From a virus (Duplodnaviria; Caudoviricetes), in the IMG/VR virus record IMGVR_UViG_3300048599_000801, positions 1 through 25,017 of that record: 25,017 nt of DNA. The stretch is one strand, 5' to 3'. Numbering within the stretch: the first letter of the stretch is position 1; every line of letters starts with the position of its first letter. The translations under genes and the position numbers were made by a program. Positions 23,944 to 25,017 of this stretch are shown here, piece after piece. A model generated the notes under the pieces. The model had not been told where the DNA came from. It ran no database searches and saw only the letters and a program-made list of their open reading frames with translations.

Positions 23944-25017
23944 ATGAGGAAAATGCTCAATGTCTTTGCAATAGTATTAGTACTGGCGATATGCCTGTCC
24001 GGGTGTGCGAAAACTGAGTCTCAAAACGCTGATAGCACACCGCTCCAATCGGCATCCCCGTCAGAAGTGACGGCAACCGGGGTTGTGGCTGAAACACCGC
24101 CGGTATCAACCGCAGCAGCGGTCGAAGCTTCCGAATCACTGGAACAATGGATCGGAGCCTACTGGTTTTCTGAAACAAACGCCGATAACCATGAATTAAG
24201 ATATGAAATTTCAATATATAAGAAGGATGACGCATATTTAGCCCATTTCTATATTTTCGGTTTTCGGACAATGAACGAATTCCAAGCTTCTGTGTACGGT
24301 AAAGAGGCGTCAGCTGACCTTGTTTTTGAGGAATACGTTAATGATAATTATTCTGAGCCATTTAAAAAAGGTGATTTATTATTAACCTTGAAAAAGGATA
24401 ATGGTAAACTCCTGACTGATTGGAGTAAAATACAACCAATGCTCCAGGAAAATGAATCAGACGAGGAACACTTTCAAAAAGCAGACTCGGAAGAAAGCGG
24501 GACTGATATATCCAACAAAGAGGTACAATGCCTGAAGGATACGGTACTCGTCAATGAGCTGGACAGTAACGAGAAAGAGCTTTTTTATCTGGGAATGACG
24601 AAAGATGATTTGATGTCTATTCTGGATAAGGATGACATCTACTATTACAGCATGGAGAGCGACCCGGGGCCGGGCGGCATGGCATATGACAACAGCTGTC
24701 TCTATTATTTTCTGTTCTTTGAAGATGAGATTAGTGTACACGTTGACGAGGATGCGGTGGATTACATCGAAATGCGCGGTTCCGTTCCGCTGAAGACAAC
24801 ATCGACGAAGGCGGGCTTGTATTTGGGAGACCCTGTTGAAAAAATGATTGAGCTGTACGGCAGCGACTATACAGTAGGCACATCTGCTATTCCGGGTGAG
24901 GAGATGTATGAGGTTTATAAGTATCAAATGGCTGAGTATTACTTTTATGTTTATTTCCTGGACGATACCGTCGCCAGATGGGGGATATCGAGCAACAAGT
25001 ATGCTTTTGTCAGTTGA
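23944..25017 (+). CDS. Two-domain acidic lipoprotein 3, putative immunity protein for CHAP protein 3
   Basis: Lipobox 'CLSG-C21' and an extra N-terminal beta domain ('WIGAYWFSE...KGDLLLTL....LLTDW'). The C-terminal domain ('TKAGLYLGDPVEKMIELYG...FYVYFLDDTVARWGI') is homologous to lipoprotein 1. Confidence 0.8.
   Translation: MRKMLNVFAIVLVLAICLSGCAKTESQNADSTPLQSASPSEVTATGVVAETPPVSTAAAVEASESLEQWIGAYWFSETNADNHELRYEISIYKKDDAYLAHFYIFGFRTMNEFQASVYGKEASADLVFEEYVNDNYSEPFKKGDLLLTLKKDNGKLLTDWSKIQPMLQENESDEEHFQKADSEESGTDISNKEVQCLKDTVLVNELDSNEKELFYLGMTKDDLMSILDKDDIYYYSMESDPGPGGMAYDNSCLYYFLFFEDEISVHVDEDAVDYIEMRGSVPLKTTSTKAGLYLGDPVEKMIELYGSDYTVGTSAIPGEEMYEVYKYQMAEYYFYVYFLDDTVARWGISSNKYAFVS

Larger units (their letters stand above)
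1..25017 (+). mobile_element. Podovirus-like prophage or phage-derived element (structural, lysis and accessory modules; boundaries outside the window)
   Basis: Contiguous co-oriented portal-scaffold-capsid-adaptor-nozzle-fibre-lysis genes. There are no tape-measure, tail-tube or sheath genes, and no att site or integrase is visible. Confidence 0.85.

Overview
A single co-oriented (+ strand) late-gene region of a short-tailed (podovirus/P22-like) prophage or phage-derived element, probably from a high-GC Firmicute (Clostridia-like: SLH-type endolysin tail, sigmaA promoters, lipoproteins). Gene order: portal, scaffold, major capsid with a fused Ig-like domain, head-tail adaptor, then two paralogous [tail nozzle + fibre] gene pairs. 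Next comes a radical-SAM modification cassette embedded in the tail region: a 199-aa protein with 25 Cys in CxxC/CxxxC repeats, a 97-aa accessory protein, an active rSAM-SPASM maturase and an intact but catalytically dead paralog. The lysis genes and a repeat-rich putative internal virion protein follow. The window ends in a three-unit polymorphic array. Each unit is a gene with a conserved N-terminus and a variable cell-wall-hydrolase C-terminus (CHAP / deleted remnant / CHAP), followed by an AT-rich lipoprotein with its own promoter, which looks like an effector-immunity system. Host-type REP palindromes sit in several intergenic gaps and inside the holin 3' end, suggesting long residence or domestication. 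No terminase, integrase, replication gene, tRNA, rRNA or CRISPR array is visible. Family assignments are from motif recognition only; no searches were run.
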